64,000 bases of DNA from an uncultured Candidatus Saccharibacteria bacterium (GTDB lineage Bacteria; Patescibacteriota; Saccharimonadia; Saccharimonadales; EFPC-124): contig CBDDBE010000002.1 of assembly GCA_965225085.1 (NCBI GenBank), forward strand, positions 6,014-70,013, in the 5' to 3' direction. Below, one piece after another: positions 18,901-28,605 of this stretch. Positions within the stretch are counted from its first letter, which is position 1; each line of letters opens with the position of its first letter. The notes below the pieces were generated by a model that searched no databases, was not told where the DNA came from, and worked only from the letters and a program-made list of their open reading frames with translations. Position numbers and translations under genes: made by a program.

Positions 18901-19498
18901 CCGCGATAAAATCCGCCACGAGCATTGGATTTTTGGTGTGGTGGCAATTTTTGCGGTAGTTGGACTGGTTTGCTCGCTGGTGCTGTCGGTTGAGAAGCTG
19001 CGGCTGCTCGAGAACCCTCACGCTGTATTGCCGTGCTCGCTCAATGCTTTTTTGAACTGTGCGACTGTTATGAATACACCTGAGGCGTCACTTCTTGGCT
19101 TTCCGAACTCGTTTATTGGCATGATTGCGTATGCAGCGCTGCTAACTCTTGCCGTGGCGGGCCTGTTTGGTGCTCGTTTTCCTCGCAGTTTTATGGCGTT
19201 GGTGCAGATAGGGGTGACAGTCGAAATCATCTTTGCGTATTGGCTATTTTTCGATAGTGTCTATGCTGTTCGCGTCCTTTGCCCACTGTGTCTGTTGGTA
19301 ACATTCAGTAGCACCATGATTTTTGCGTCGATCACACGATATAACATCCTAGAGCAAAACCTCTACCTGGCACCCAGGATGCAAAATGCCGCGCGCAAGT
19401 GGATGGGCGGCCAGTACGACAAAGCGCTTGTCGCTGGGTGGATCGTGCTCATGATCGGGCTGGTCCTGGTAAAATTCCCAGGGATATTGAGCTCGTAA
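18878..19498 (+). CDS. Vitamin K epoxide reductase (VKOR) family membrane protein
   Basis: Loop cysteines C..SLNAFLNC and the CPLC active-site motif inside a TM helix. 4-5 TM segments. Confidence 0.75.
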   Translation: MMTLGIFSRDKIRHEHWIFGVVAIFAVVGLVCSLVLSVEKLRLLENPHAVLPCSLNAFLNCATVMNTPEASLLGFPNSFIGMIAYAALLTLAVAGLFGARFPRSFMALVQIGVTVEIIFAYWLFFDSVYAVRVLCPLCLLVTFSSTMIFASITRYNILEQNLYLAPRMQNAARKWMGGQYDKALVAGWIVLMIGLVLVKFPGILSS

Positions 19499-19599
19499 TG
19501 CGGTGTCCAGCCCGCTGGGTGGTTGCATTTTAACAGATAAGCCGTTACAATTGAGGCCGTACATGCATCTTGGAGTTCCAGGTAAGTGGCTATCAACCA

Positions 19600-19781
19600 C
19601 GAAGCAGCGGGAAGAAATCGCCTAAGCGACGGTAGAACCCGACGGACGAGCCCGTTAGACTCACCCCCCCAAAACAAGCGCAACATGAGTCACCTCATTT
19701 TGAAGCTGGATGGTACCGCCCGAAGCAAATCCAACACTCGGGTTCCAGCATCAATAGATTTAGAGGTGATTTTTATTTTTA
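19600..19781 (+). promoter_or_regulatory. T-box leader (tRNA-Ile sensing) upstream of ileS
   Basis: GCUGGAUGGUACCGCCCG (19705-22) matches the T-box core. Helices GCUGGA/UCCAGC and GCCCGA/UCGGGU flank a 7-nt UGGUACC bulge. Candidate AUC specifier at 19617-19. U-run at 19770-80. Confidence 0.6.
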
Positions 19782-19808
19782 ACGAGCCAGAAAGGACGCG
19801 CAAACAAC

Positions 19809-22670
19809 ATGGCAGAGCAACTACCGAGCAAATCGACACTCGCGACATGGGAAGAAGAGATGATCCAGACGTGGCTGAAGGAAAAAACCTTCGAGAAGAG
19901 CGTCGCTGGCCGCAAAGACAAGCCGCTTTTTAGCTTTTATGATGGGCCGCCATTTGCCAATGGGTTGCCGCATTGGGGCCACGCCTTGACGAGCGTACTG
20001 AAGGACGCAGTGCCTCGCTACAAGACTATGCGCGGCTATTATGTTCCGCGTCGTTTTGGGTGGGACTGCCATGGATTGCCACCAGAGCTGCTGGCCGAAA
20101 AAGAGTTGGGTGTCTCGGGCAAGAAGGCTATTCACGAATATGGCGTGGCTAAGTTCAATAATTACTGTCGTCAGTCAGTGCTACGATTTACGGACGATTG
20201 GCACGTTTTTGTGCGTCGTCTTGGGCGGTGGGTGGACTTTGACGATGACTATCGCACCATGGACACCAGCTATACCGAAAGCGTCATGTGGGCGTTCAAG
20301 GAGCTGCACCAGAAGGGTTTGGTATACGAAGGCGTGCGCGTTGTTCCCTATAGCTATGGCGCACAGACTGCGCTGAGCAACTCCGAAACTCGCCTGGACG
20401 ACAGCTATCGTGACCGCGAGGACATTACAGCCACTATCAAGTTCAATCTGCCTGATGGCCGCAAACTGCTCGGCTGGACCACGACGCCATGGACCCTGCC
20501 GGCCAACATGCTATTGGCGGTGGGGAGCAATATTGACTATGTACAGGTTGACAACGATGGCGAGCAGCTGATCTTGGCTGAGGCCGCACTCGAACGCTAT
20601 CCCGAGCTGGACGATGCCGATGTAGTTGCCCGCATGAAGGGTCACGAATTGGTCGGGTATACGTATGAGCCGTTGTTTGATTATTTTGCCGATACACCAG
20701 GCGCATTTCGGGTGGTTGCAGCTGATTTTGTAGAGACTGATGAGGGCGTTGGCATTGTCCATATTGCACCAGGCCACGGTGAGGATGATTTCTGGCTGGG
20801 CAAGCGTGAGGAAGTGCCGATCGTGAGCCCCGTTGATGACGAAGGGCGTTTTACCTCCCAGGTAAGCGACTATGCTGGCCGATTGGTGTTCGATGCCAAC
20901 AACGAAATCGTAGCCGACCTCGAGAAGCACCACAAGCTCTTCAAGTCCGCACTGTATACGCACAAGTACCCGCACTGTTGGCGCACTGATGTGCCGATCA
21001 TTTACCGTGCGATGAGTGCGTGGTTTATAGATGTGCCAAAGATCAAAGAGCAGCTGCTAAAGGCCAACCAAGAGATCAACTGGATTCCGGGGAATGTGAA
21101 GGACGGCGCCTTCGGAAAATGGCTCGAAAACGCCCGTGAATGGAATGTTAGCCGCAAGCGCTACTGGGGCGCGCCAATTCCGGTATGGAAGACCGACGAT
21201 GGCGAGACGATCGTCATTGGTAGCATCGCCGAGCTGAAGGAAATGGCAGTCGACCCGACCAAGGTGGGGGATGACCTGCACCGTCCATTCATCGACGACG
21301 TTGTACTGAAGACAAAGGACGGCAAGCTGGCTCACCGTGTCGAAGATGTGTTCGACTGCTGGTTCGAAAGCGGCAGCATGCCATTTGCGCAAATGCATTA
21401 TCCCTTCGAGAACAAGAAGCTATTTGACGAAGGGTTCCCGGCCGATTTCATCACCGAGTATATTGGCCAAACGCGTGGTTGGTTCTATGTGCTGCATGTG
21501 TTGTCGGTGGCGTTATTTGGTAAGCCCGCGTTCAAGAACGATGTGTCTCACGGGATTATCCTTGGCATCGACGGACGTAAAATGAGCAAGCGGCTCCAGA
21601 ATTATCCGGACCTGAGTGAAGTCTTCGATTCGGTTGGTGCCGATTCGGTGCGTTTTTACCTGTTGAGCAGCTCGCTGTTTAGCGGCGAGACTGCAATTTT
21701 TGATAACAAGGCGCTCATCGAAGCTCAGCGTAATGTCATCCAACGCCTCAACAACGTCCAGAGTTTTTTCAAGATGTATGCCGATGTCGATGGCTGGAAA
21801 CCGCCGCGCGAACTCGCCGAACCGAGTGCCAGCAATGTCCTCGACAAATGGATGCTGGCGCGCCTAAACCAGACAATCCGCGAAGTCACCGAGGATGCTG
21901 ATGCCTACAGGACCCCACGCCTGACCAAAAACCTGACGCTTCTCATCGACGACCTCAGTAACTGGTTTGTACGCCGTTCTCGCCGTCGGTTCTGGAAGGG
22001 CGAGGATGACGGCGACAAGCAGGACGCGTATGCGACACTTCACTATACAATGGTCCGCCTGACCCAGCTGCTCGCTCCGTGGACGCCATTTATTAGCGAT
22101 CGCCTGTGGCGTGAGCTGACCGTGGGCATGGAATTGCCAAAATCCGTTCATCTGAGTGATTGGCCGGAGCCGGGGAGGGTGAGCCAGAAAACCATCCAGG
22201 ATATGGCCGCAGTTCGTGAGGTTATCACCATTGGTTTGGGCCAACGTGCAAGCGCCAAGGTGAAGGTCCGCCAACCGCTCCCCAGTGTAGTAGTCGGCGA
22301 CTTGCCAGAGGCGTATAGCGATATCATTGCCGAGGAGCTCAACGTCAAAACCGTGAAGTTCGGTGGCAAGGCCGTCGTGCTGAATACTAAGATCACTCGC
22401 GAATTGAAGCGTGAGGGACTGATGCGCGACGTTGTCCGCCAGGTGCAAAATGCGCGCAAGAACGCTGGTTTGCAGGTGGATGATCGCATCCGGCTGAGCT
22501 TGCAGGCGGAAGCCAAGGACTTGGCAGCTGCGGTCGACGCGCACCGCGAGATGATCATGGCCGAGACATTAGCTGTCGAGCTGGTTGACCAGGCAGACTT
22601 TGAACATACGCAAGAGGTAAAAATCGAAGGCGATGTGCTACGCATTTCGCTTGAGCGGACTGCGAAGTAG
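19809..22670 (+). CDS. ileS: Isoleucyl-tRNA synthetase
   Basis: HIGH-type PHWGH and a KMSKR loop. 953 aa with the editing-domain region. Confidence 0.95.
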   Translation: MAEQLPSKSTLATWEEEMIQTWLKEKTFEKSVAGRKDKPLFSFYDGPPFANGLPHWGHALTSVLKDAVPRYKTMRGYYVPRRFGWDCHGLPPELLAEKELGVSGKKAIHEYGVAKFNNYCRQSVLRFTDDWHVFVRRLGRWVDFDDDYRTMDTSYTESVMWAFKELHQKGLVYEGVRVVPYSYGAQTALSNSETRLDDSYRDREDITATIKFNLPDGRKLLGWTTTPWTLPANMLLAVGSNIDYVQVDNDGEQLILAEAALERYPELDDADVVARMKGHELVGYTYEPLFDYFADTPGAFRVVAADFVETDEGVGIVHIAPGHGEDDFWLGKREEVPIVSPVDDEGRFTSQVSDYAGRLVFDANNEIVADLEKHHKLFKSALYTHKYPHCWRTDVPIIYRAMSAWFIDVPKIKEQLLKANQEINWIPGNVKDGAFGKWLENAREWNVSRKRYWGAPIPVWKTDDGETIVIGSIAELKEMAVDPTKVGDDLHRPFIDDVVLKTKDGKLAHRVEDVFDCWFESGSMPFAQMHYPFENKKLFDEGFPADFITEYIGQTRGWFYVLHVLSVALFGKPAFKNDVSHGIILGIDGRKMSKRLQNYPDLSEVFDSVGADSVRFYLLSSSLFSGETAIFDNKALIEAQRNVIQRLNNVQSFFKMYADVDGWKPPRELAEPSASNVLDKWMLARLNQTIREVTEDADAYRTPRLTKNLTLLIDDLSNWFVRRSRRRFWKGEDDGDKQDAYATLHYTMVRLTQLLAPWTPFISDRLWRELTVGMELPKSVHLSDWPEPGRVSQKTIQDMAAVREVITIGLGQRASAKVKVRQPLPSVVVGDLPEAYSDIIAEELNVKTVKFGGKAVVLNTKITRELKREGLMRDVVRQVQNARKNAGLQVDDRIRLSLQAEAKDLAAAVDAHREMIMAETLAVELVDQADFEHTQEVKIEGDVLRISLERTAK

Positions 22671-22695
22671 TTTCTACGAAAAGTAAAACCCCGCC

Positions 22696-22737
22696 GGGTG
22701 CACCACACCCCTCGAAACAAGGAGGGGAGGTGCACCC
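22696..22737. terminator. Strong hairpin between ileS and a convergent small ORF
   Basis: GGGTGCACC(22696-704)/GGTGCACCC(22729-37) with inner CCCCTC/GAGGGG. GGGGTTTT follows on the minus strand. Confidence 0.55.
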
Positions 22738-22760
22738 ATGCGGGCGGCTAGCCATTGTGG

Positions 22761-22841
22761 TCATAGGGTGGTGAGGACGTAGAAGATGACGAGGAGCAAG
22801 ACGACCGCAGCTACTGCGGTAAATATTTCTTCCGTGTTCAC
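22761..22841 (-). CDS. Candidate 26-aa hydrophobic micro-protein (MNTEEIFTAVAAVVLLLVIFYVLTTL)
   Basis: GTG start 7 nt after AAAGGA. Single TM helix. Followed by the hairpin at 22696-22737. Below the ORF-track length cutoff. Confidence 0.3.
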   Translation of the reverse strand: MNTEEIFTAVAAVVLLLVIFYVLTTL

Positions 22842-22939
22842 AGTACGATCCTTTCGGACAGGGAATGGCGCGGCTATCTGTAGTTATAGTACCAATTTGT
22901 TGTTTTGTCTAATATATCTAGCATATAGATACACTATCA

Positions 22940-22968
22940 TTGACTTTTGTGCATATTAATGCTAATGT
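22940..22968 (+). promoter_or_regulatory. Candidate promoter TTGACT-N17-TAATGT
   Basis: -35 at 22940-45 and -10 at 22963-68, 25 nt upstream of the ATG at 22994. Confidence 0.3.
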
Positions 22969-22993
22969 TAATAATACAAAGGCAAAAACAAAC

Positions 22994-23221
22994 ATGACCA
23001 AAAAACAACTTCTCGAAACAATTGCTAACCTCGGATACAAACCAGTCGCGTTTGAGCCAATTCCGGTCGAACAAGACAACGATGAACTGGCTATGGCTGT
23101 CGACGATCCAATTTACCACGATAACGAATGGGACCTGCGCGACGATGTCGATGGTGAAGCGCTGGAAAAGTTCTGGGATGACGCAACCAAAGAGCTCGAG
23201 TCTGACTCCTTTACAGATTAG
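22994..23221 (+). CDS. Small, very acidic hypothetical protein (75 aa)
   Basis: Start MTKKQLLETI. About 22 D/E against about 6 K/R by my count. No family recognised. Confidence 0.5.
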   Translation: MTKKQLLETIANLGYKPVAFEPIPVEQDNDELAMAVDDPIYHDNEWDLRDDVDGEALEKFWDDATKELESDSFTD

Positions 23222-23273
23222 TTCCAATCTGTTACGATTATCACGATATAAGTAATAAAGAGATTTTCAAAAG

Positions 23274-23579
23274 ATGAAAGCAGTCATTCAAGTTGGCGGC
23301 AAGCAATACCTTGTCGTCAAGGACGAGACCCTCTTGGTGGACCGCCTCCAAGATGGCACAGAAGAGCTCACGCTTGAACCGCTGATGGTTATTGACGACA
23401 AAGACATCAAGATCGGCACTCCTGTCGTATCTGGCGTAACGGTCAAGGCCAAAGTTGACGAGCCAGAGGTAAAGGGCGACAAAATTCGTATTGCTCACTT
23501 CGAATCAAAGAAGCGCGTTAAGAATATCAATGGTCACCGCCAGAAGTATAGCCGTATTTCGATCGCAAGCATCGACTAG
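23274..23579 (+). CDS. rplU: 50S ribosomal protein L21
   Basis: MKAVIQVGGKQYLVVKDE...GDKIRIAHFESKKRVKNINGHRQ. Confidence 0.9.
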   Translation: MKAVIQVGGKQYLVVKDETLLVDRLQDGTEELTLEPLMVIDDKDIKIGTPVVSGVTVKAKVDEPEVKGDKIRIAHFESKKRVKNINGHRQKYSRISIASID

Positions 23580-23602
23580 CTTACTAAATAGCGCAATCAT
23601 AA

Positions 23603-23639
23603 AGAAGCTTCCCGGAAAACGGAAGCTTCTTTTGTTTTC
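23603..23639 (+). terminator. Rho-independent terminator after rplU
   Basis: AGAAGCTTCC-loop-GGAAGCTTCT followed by TTTGTTTT. Confidence 0.7.
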
Positions 23640-23700
23640 ACGCGGGCCCAAGCTCTGCTACAATAGACCTGACACAACGAGAGAGGGAAACAATAACATT

Positions 23701-24462
23701 ATGGCTGCAATTATTGCCGTCACAAATCAAAAAGGTGGGGTAGGGAAGACGACGACGTCTGTAAATTTGGCGTACTATCTGTCCAAGCTGGGCCGCACGG
23801 TGCTGTTGGTCGACTTCGATCCGCAAGGGAACGCCACGAGTGGTCTGGGCATCGACAAGTACGGCGTTGACTTGACGGTTATCGACCTAGTGCAGGAAAA
23901 GGCCAAGCTAGAGGACTGCGCAGTCGAGACAAAACACAAGAAACTATTTTGCGTGGTTGCAACGCCGCAGCTTGCAAACGCCGAGGCCGAGCTTGCCAAG
24001 GAGCAACATCGGTTTACGCGTCTGAAGAATGCGCTTGCTGACGCACCATACGATTATGTGCTGATAGACTGTCCGCCGTCGTTGAGCCTGCTGACGGTGA
24101 ATGGCCTGATCGCCGCGCATTATGTTTTGTTGCCCGTGCAGGCGGAATTCTATGCACTGGAGGGGCTCGGGCAATTGCTCGAAACCATGCAGTTGGTGCG
24201 TAAGGGCCTGAACCCGACACTCGAGCTCCTAGGGGTAGTCCTGACGATGGTAGATAGCCGTACGACGCTGTCTGGCCAGGTCCATGAAGAGGTCAAGAAG
24301 CATTTTCCTGGAAAAGTCTTTACCACAGTTATCCCGCGCAATGTGCGCCTGGCCGAAGCGCCAAGCCATGGGTTGCCAGTCGGCGCGTATGATCGGTGGT
24401 CAAAGGGCGCTCGTGCGTATAAGGTACTCGCAAAGGAGGTATCGCAGCGTGTCGAAAAATAA
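23701..24462 (+). CDS. parA: Chromosome partitioning ATPase ParA/Soj
   Basis: Deviant Walker A NQKGGVGKTTT. Start trimmed to MAAIIAVTNQ. Confidence 0.9.
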   Translation: MAAIIAVTNQKGGVGKTTTSVNLAYYLSKLGRTVLLVDFDPQGNATSGLGIDKYGVDLTVIDLVQEKAKLEDCAVETKHKKLFCVVATPQLANAEAELAKEQHRFTRLKNALADAPYDYVLIDCPPSLSLLTVNGLIAAHYVLLPVQAEFYALEGLGQLLETMQLVRKGLNPTLELLGVVLTMVDSRTTLSGQVHEEVKKHFPGKVFTTVIPRNVRLAEAPSHGLPVGAYDRWSKGARAYKVLAKEVSQRVEK

Positions 24463-24463
24463 T

Positions 24464-25339
24464 ATGACCAAGCGCGGCCTCGGCCGTGGCTTTGATACGC
24501 TTATCCCGACGCAACTTCTCGATGACGAGTTTGACCCGACGGCTCAGCAGGACGAGCAAGTTTCGCAGCTACGCCATATAAAGGTCTTGTCTATAAAACC
24601 CGACCCTCAGCAGCCGCGTCGGCATTTTGATGAAGCTGCCCTGGGCGAATTGGCACAGTCCATCAAGGAGCACGGTATTTTGCAGCCGATTGTGGTGATT
24701 GCCAAGGGTGATACCTATGAGATTGTCGCCGGTGAGCGCCGCTGGAGAGCTGCCCAATTGGCCGGGATCGAGAAGATTCCAGCCTTGGTACGCACGCTTA
24801 CGAATCAACATCGCCTCGAGATCGCGTTGATCGAGAATTTGCAGCGTGAAGACCTCAACCCGCTCGAGACCGCCACAGCATACTACAAACTGCAGCAACA
24901 GTTTAACCTGACGCTCGATGAGATTGGTAAACGAGTCGGCGGCAAAGCCGTGAGCACTATCAGTAATATTTTGCGCCTGCTCGGATTGCCCAAGGAAGCT
25001 AAGGAAGCATTGGTCTCGGGCGCAATTAGTGAGGGGCATGCCCGCCAGATACTCGCTATCAAGGAGCCTGATGTACAGCTGGAGCTGCTCGATCTGATCG
25101 TGCGCGGTGATTGGTCTGTCCGCAAGGCTGAACAGTTCGTCGTGGGGTACAAAGAGGGCCAAAAGAGTAAGGACAAGGCTGTGGCCAAGGTGCAAACCGA
25201 GACCGTCGAAACTCAAGCCCTGGGCAAACGGCTGGGAGCGGATGTCAGCGTCAAGAATATGGCCAAAGGTGGTCGCCTGGTAATTCGATTTAGAAACCAA
25301 GATGATTTTGAACGTATCACGGGTCTGTTGCTAGGGTAA
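24464..25339 (+). CDS. parB: Chromosome partitioning protein ParB/Spo0J
   Basis: RGLGRGFDTLIP, the ParB box GERRWRAA and an HTH region. Start trimmed to MTKRGLG. Confidence 0.9.
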   Translation: MTKRGLGRGFDTLIPTQLLDDEFDPTAQQDEQVSQLRHIKVLSIKPDPQQPRRHFDEAALGELAQSIKEHGILQPIVVIAKGDTYEIVAGERRWRAAQLAGIEKIPALVRTLTNQHRLEIALIENLQREDLNPLETATAYYKLQQQFNLTLDEIGKRVGGKAVSTISNILRLLGLPKEAKEALVSGAISEGHARQILAIKEPDVQLELLDLIVRGDWSVRKAEQFVVGYKEGQKSKDKAVAKVQTETVETQALGKRLGADVSVKNMAKGGRLVIRFRNQDDFERITGLLLG

Positions 25340-25353
25340 GGCCTACAACACTT

Positions 25354-25950
25354 TTAGAATAGACGAACATTTTGGAGCGGCCATATGCGTAGTATAACCA
25401 CACCCTGGATGTCTTTGAGGGGTACTGTGCTCATGCCGTTGCGCGAATCGAGCGAGTTGCTGCCTAGTCGGTTGTCGCCAGCTACAAATATTTCACCGTC
25501 TGGCACAGTACGATCGACGTTGCCACTGGTTGGGGATTGTGGGCCGTCGATGTCCTTATCGGGGTCGAAGTTGCTGGTGCCATTGCCGGGATAGACCGTA
25601 ATGCGCCCGTCGCTCACCACGACTCGGTCGCCAGGTAGGCCAATGACGCGTTTGATAACGAAGGCATTTGGATCGCCTTGATTGTAGAAGGGATTGTCGA
25701 AGACCGCTAACGTGCCGCGAGCTGGGACGAATGGTTTGCCCTGTACGTCAGCTAGAGTGCGCCCTAGCTTATTGGCGAAGACGATGTCGCCGGTGTGAAG
25801 CGTAGGCTCCATGCTGATGCCGTGGACTATGTAGCTGCGTGCGGCGAAGGTTATGAACCCAATAGCCACAACGAGTGCCGCGGCAGTCCACAAGCCCAGA
25901 CGCAACCAACTGCGAGCCTGGGGTGATAGCCGAGCGAGCATCGTGTCCAC
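25354..25950 (-). CDS. lepB: Signal peptidase I (copy 2)
   Basis: GISMEPTLHTGD (catalytic Ser box), IKRVIGLPGD (Lys box) and GDNRLGSNSLDSR. Confidence 0.85.
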   Translation of the reverse strand: MDTMLARLSPQARSWLRLGLWTAAALVVAIGFITFAARSYIVHGISMEPTLHTGDIVFANKLGRTLADVQGKPFVPARGTLAVFDNPFYNQGDPNAFVIKRVIGLPGDRVVVSDGRITVYPGNGTSNFDPDKDIDGPQSPTSGNVDRTVPDGEIFVAGDNRLGSNSLDSRNGMSTVPLKDIQGVVILRIWPLQNVRLF

Positions 25951-25952
25951 GT

Positions 25953-26696
25953 CTAGAAAAATCCGGTTCGGTTCAGTGGGAAAATGCGCGCCAGCAATCG
26001 CCCTTCGATCTTGCTAGTGTCGATTGGGCCAAATGATCGAGAATCGAATGACCCACCTGGACCTCTGTTGTCACCCATCACAAAGACTTCATTGCTGGGG
26101 ATAACGAGGTCGATCGGCGTATCAACATAGGCGGGCGCTAAGTGCAAACCGAGCGCGTCGTTAGCGTTAAATCCGTTTGGATTGTCTTTGTTTTTTATCA
26201 TAACGGCGCCGTCGCTTCCGATGATGATGTGTTCGCCCGGCAGGCCAATGACGCGCTTGATCAGCTGCTCATTATGGCCCGACTGATCGATGAGCGAGCT
26301 ATCCAGGACGACAATCTGGCCACGGGTCGGGACGTAGGCGCGGCTTTGGGCGCGTGCGACGCTGCGTTCGACTTTATCGATGATGAGTCGGTCGTTGTTT
26401 TGGAGGGTAGGGGTCATGCTGGTGCCATCGACGTAGTAGGACTGAAAGACGAATTGGTTGATAAGTGTAGCCGCGACGATAACGCCAGCGACAAACAGAA
26501 TAATGGACGAAAATGCCCATATCCCACTACGACGAGAGTCGGATGTAATTGGGGCAATTGGAGACTGTTGATCAGAACCGACAGGCGATTCTGGCAATGG
26601 CTTTGACGCTGGCGGCGCAGCTGGTGGTGTTGGAGTGTCTGACCCTTCCATAGCTAGTATCATAGCATGCTTTCTGGTGGGGTTCATGAATTGCAC
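25953..26696 (-). CDS. lepB: Signal peptidase I (copy 1); start codon ambiguous (GTG 26696 or ATG 26687)
   Basis: GTSMTPTL, IKRVIGLPGE and GDNRGPGGSFDSR. Confidence 0.85.
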   Translation of the reverse strand: MQFMNPTRKHAMILAMEGSDTPTPPAAPPASKPLPESPVGSDQQSPIAPITSDSRRSGIWAFSSIILFVAGVIVAATLINQFVFQSYYVDGTSMTPTLQNNDRLIIDKVERSVARAQSRAYVPTRGQIVVLDSSLIDQSGHNEQLIKRVIGLPGEHIIIGSDGAVMIKNKDNPNGFNANDALGLHLAPAYVDTPIDLVIPSNEVFVMGDNRGPGGSFDSRSFGPIDTSKIEGRLLARIFPLNRTGFF

Positions 26697-26848
26697 TTCG
26701 GTAGCGGCTCAGGTTTTCATAAGGTTAATGATGTAATTTCATGGCGGCACTAAGGCAGGAGCACTAATCGGTCGAAGTAGTATTAAATGATCGTAGAATG
26801 GTTTACGGCCAAGCATAAACACGATATAGTGTGAAGCATTGCGTTGTT

Positions 26849-28546
26849 ATGACAAATTCACCCACCGAAAAAAACAATGATGGTATGTTCGTGAGGCGTT
26901 CAAGCCCACGACCCGCGTCTCGGCCTAGTATCGATGGTATGCGCGTGCCTGCTCATTTTCTAAATGACGCACAGACGGCCCGCCGTGGTGCTCAGCTAGC
27001 ATCGAGCGCACCCAAGAAAGATCTACCGCCGACGCTCCAAAGTCGGCATGTAGGCGATAAGGTTGCTGCGCAATTGCAGCACAACAAAGCCGCTACAACG
27101 CCGCCCACCGCATCGTCGTCGAAAAAGCCAATCGACATCGACCTAACCCTTGACGACGAAGATAAGAAAGGCAAGAAGAAGCGGCGTTTTCGTATTTCGC
27201 GCAAGGCTGCTCGGCGCATCGTCATCGTACTTATCCTGCTGATCCTGGCAGGGGCTGGGTTCTTTGCGTATCGAATTCTTGTCGCCTCCAGTCATATATT
27301 TAAGGGTAATGTCCTAACGGCAGTTTTCAGCAACGATAAGCCGCTCAAGAGCGATTCGTACGGGCGGACCAATCTGCTAGTATTCGGCACGTCCGAAAGC
27401 GATCCGGGGCACCCCGGCGCACAGCTGACCGACTCGATCATGATGGTTAGCATTAACCAAAAGGACAAGACTGCTTTCCTGGCGAGCGTGCCGCGAGACT
27501 TGTGGGTAAAATATGATAGTCCTTGTACATTTGGCTATCAGGGCAAGATTAACACCGTCTATGAGTGCGCTTCGGACTCTGGAAAGAACGAAGATGCTGG
27601 CGAGCAAGCTTTGGCCTCGAAAGTGGGAGAGGCCTTTGGCGTTGATTTTCAGTACACCGTGCATTTGAATCTGGCCGTTTTGAAGGACGCTGTTAACGCG
27701 TTGGGCGGAATCGACATTACCATCGAGAGTCCTGACCCACGTGGTATTCTGGACCGCAACTTTGACTGGCGCTGTAACTACAAGTGCTACTTGGTGAAGT
27801 ACCCCAATGGTCCCGCACATCTGGATGGTGAGCACGCTATGTGGCTGGCGCAGGCACGCAATGACGCGGGCGGATACGGCTTGCCACGAAGCAACTTCGA
27901 CCGCGAAGCCAACCAGCGCAAGATCGTTATTGCCATGAAGGACAAAGCAACCGGCATTGGGTTCCTGGCTAATCCCGTGGCGGTGACTAACTTTATCGAA
28001 TCGCTTGGCAGTAACATTCACAGCAGCATCGACGCCAGCGAGATAAAGACATTCCTGAAGGTTGCCAAAGAGATAGACTCGAGTAATATCCAGTCCATTA
28101 GCCTGATCGACCAAGTACCGGCTATCCTGACGACTGGTCGTGGCGCGGATGGGTCGTCTGATGTTGAGCCGGTTGGCGGCACGTACAATTATGAAGTCCT
28201 AAAGCAGTTCATGAAACTGCAACTCCAGGGCTTGGGCCAGCTGATCGCCGAGAATGCCAAGGTTGATGTGCTGAACGCCAGCGGCATCGAGGGTGCGGCT
28301 ATGACTGAAGCGAACAAGCTCCAGGACGCAGGTCTATCTATCGGCAATGTTGCGAGCGCGCCGAGTGCCAAGGGTAAATATCTGCTGTATGACCTGAGCG
28401 CCGGCAAGAAGCCCGCGACACTCAAGAAGCTCGAGAACGAGCTAGGCCTCAGCGCACCGACTGCAACAACGCTTCCGAGCGGCGTCACCAGCACCGCACC
28501 ATTCGTTGTGATCGTTGGCGCAACCACAAGCTCGTCGAATCAATAA
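26849..28546 (+). CDS. LytR-CpsA-Psr (LCP) family cell-envelope phosphotransferase
   Basis: N-terminal TM, then TNLLVFGTSE...QLTDSIMMVSIN...LASVPRDLWV, which is typical of LCP. Confidence 0.8.
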   Translation: MTNSPTEKNNDGMFVRRSSPRPASRPSIDGMRVPAHFLNDAQTARRGAQLASSAPKKDLPPTLQSRHVGDKVAAQLQHNKAATTPPTASSSKKPIDIDLTLDDEDKKGKKKRRFRISRKAARRIVIVLILLILAGAGFFAYRILVASSHIFKGNVLTAVFSNDKPLKSDSYGRTNLLVFGTSESDPGHPGAQLTDSIMMVSINQKDKTAFLASVPRDLWVKYDSPCTFGYQGKINTVYECASDSGKNEDAGEQALASKVGEAFGVDFQYTVHLNLAVLKDAVNALGGIDITIESPDPRGILDRNFDWRCNYKCYLVKYPNGPAHLDGEHAMWLAQARNDAGGYGLPRSNFDREANQRKIVIAMKDKATGIGFLANPVAVTNFIESLGSNIHSSIDASEIKTFLKVAKEIDSSNIQSISLIDQVPAILTTGRGADGSSDVEPVGGTYNYEVLKQFMKLQLQGLGQLIAENAKVDVLNASGIEGAAMTEANKLQDAGLSIGNVASAPSAKGKYLLYDLSAGKKPATLKKLENELGLSAPTATTLPSGVTSTAPFVVIVGATTSSSNQ

Positions 28547-28605
28547 ACCCGAGGGGTAATATACGGCTAGCACCCATGGGCGGCATTGAGTATAATAAGT
28601 AGTAT

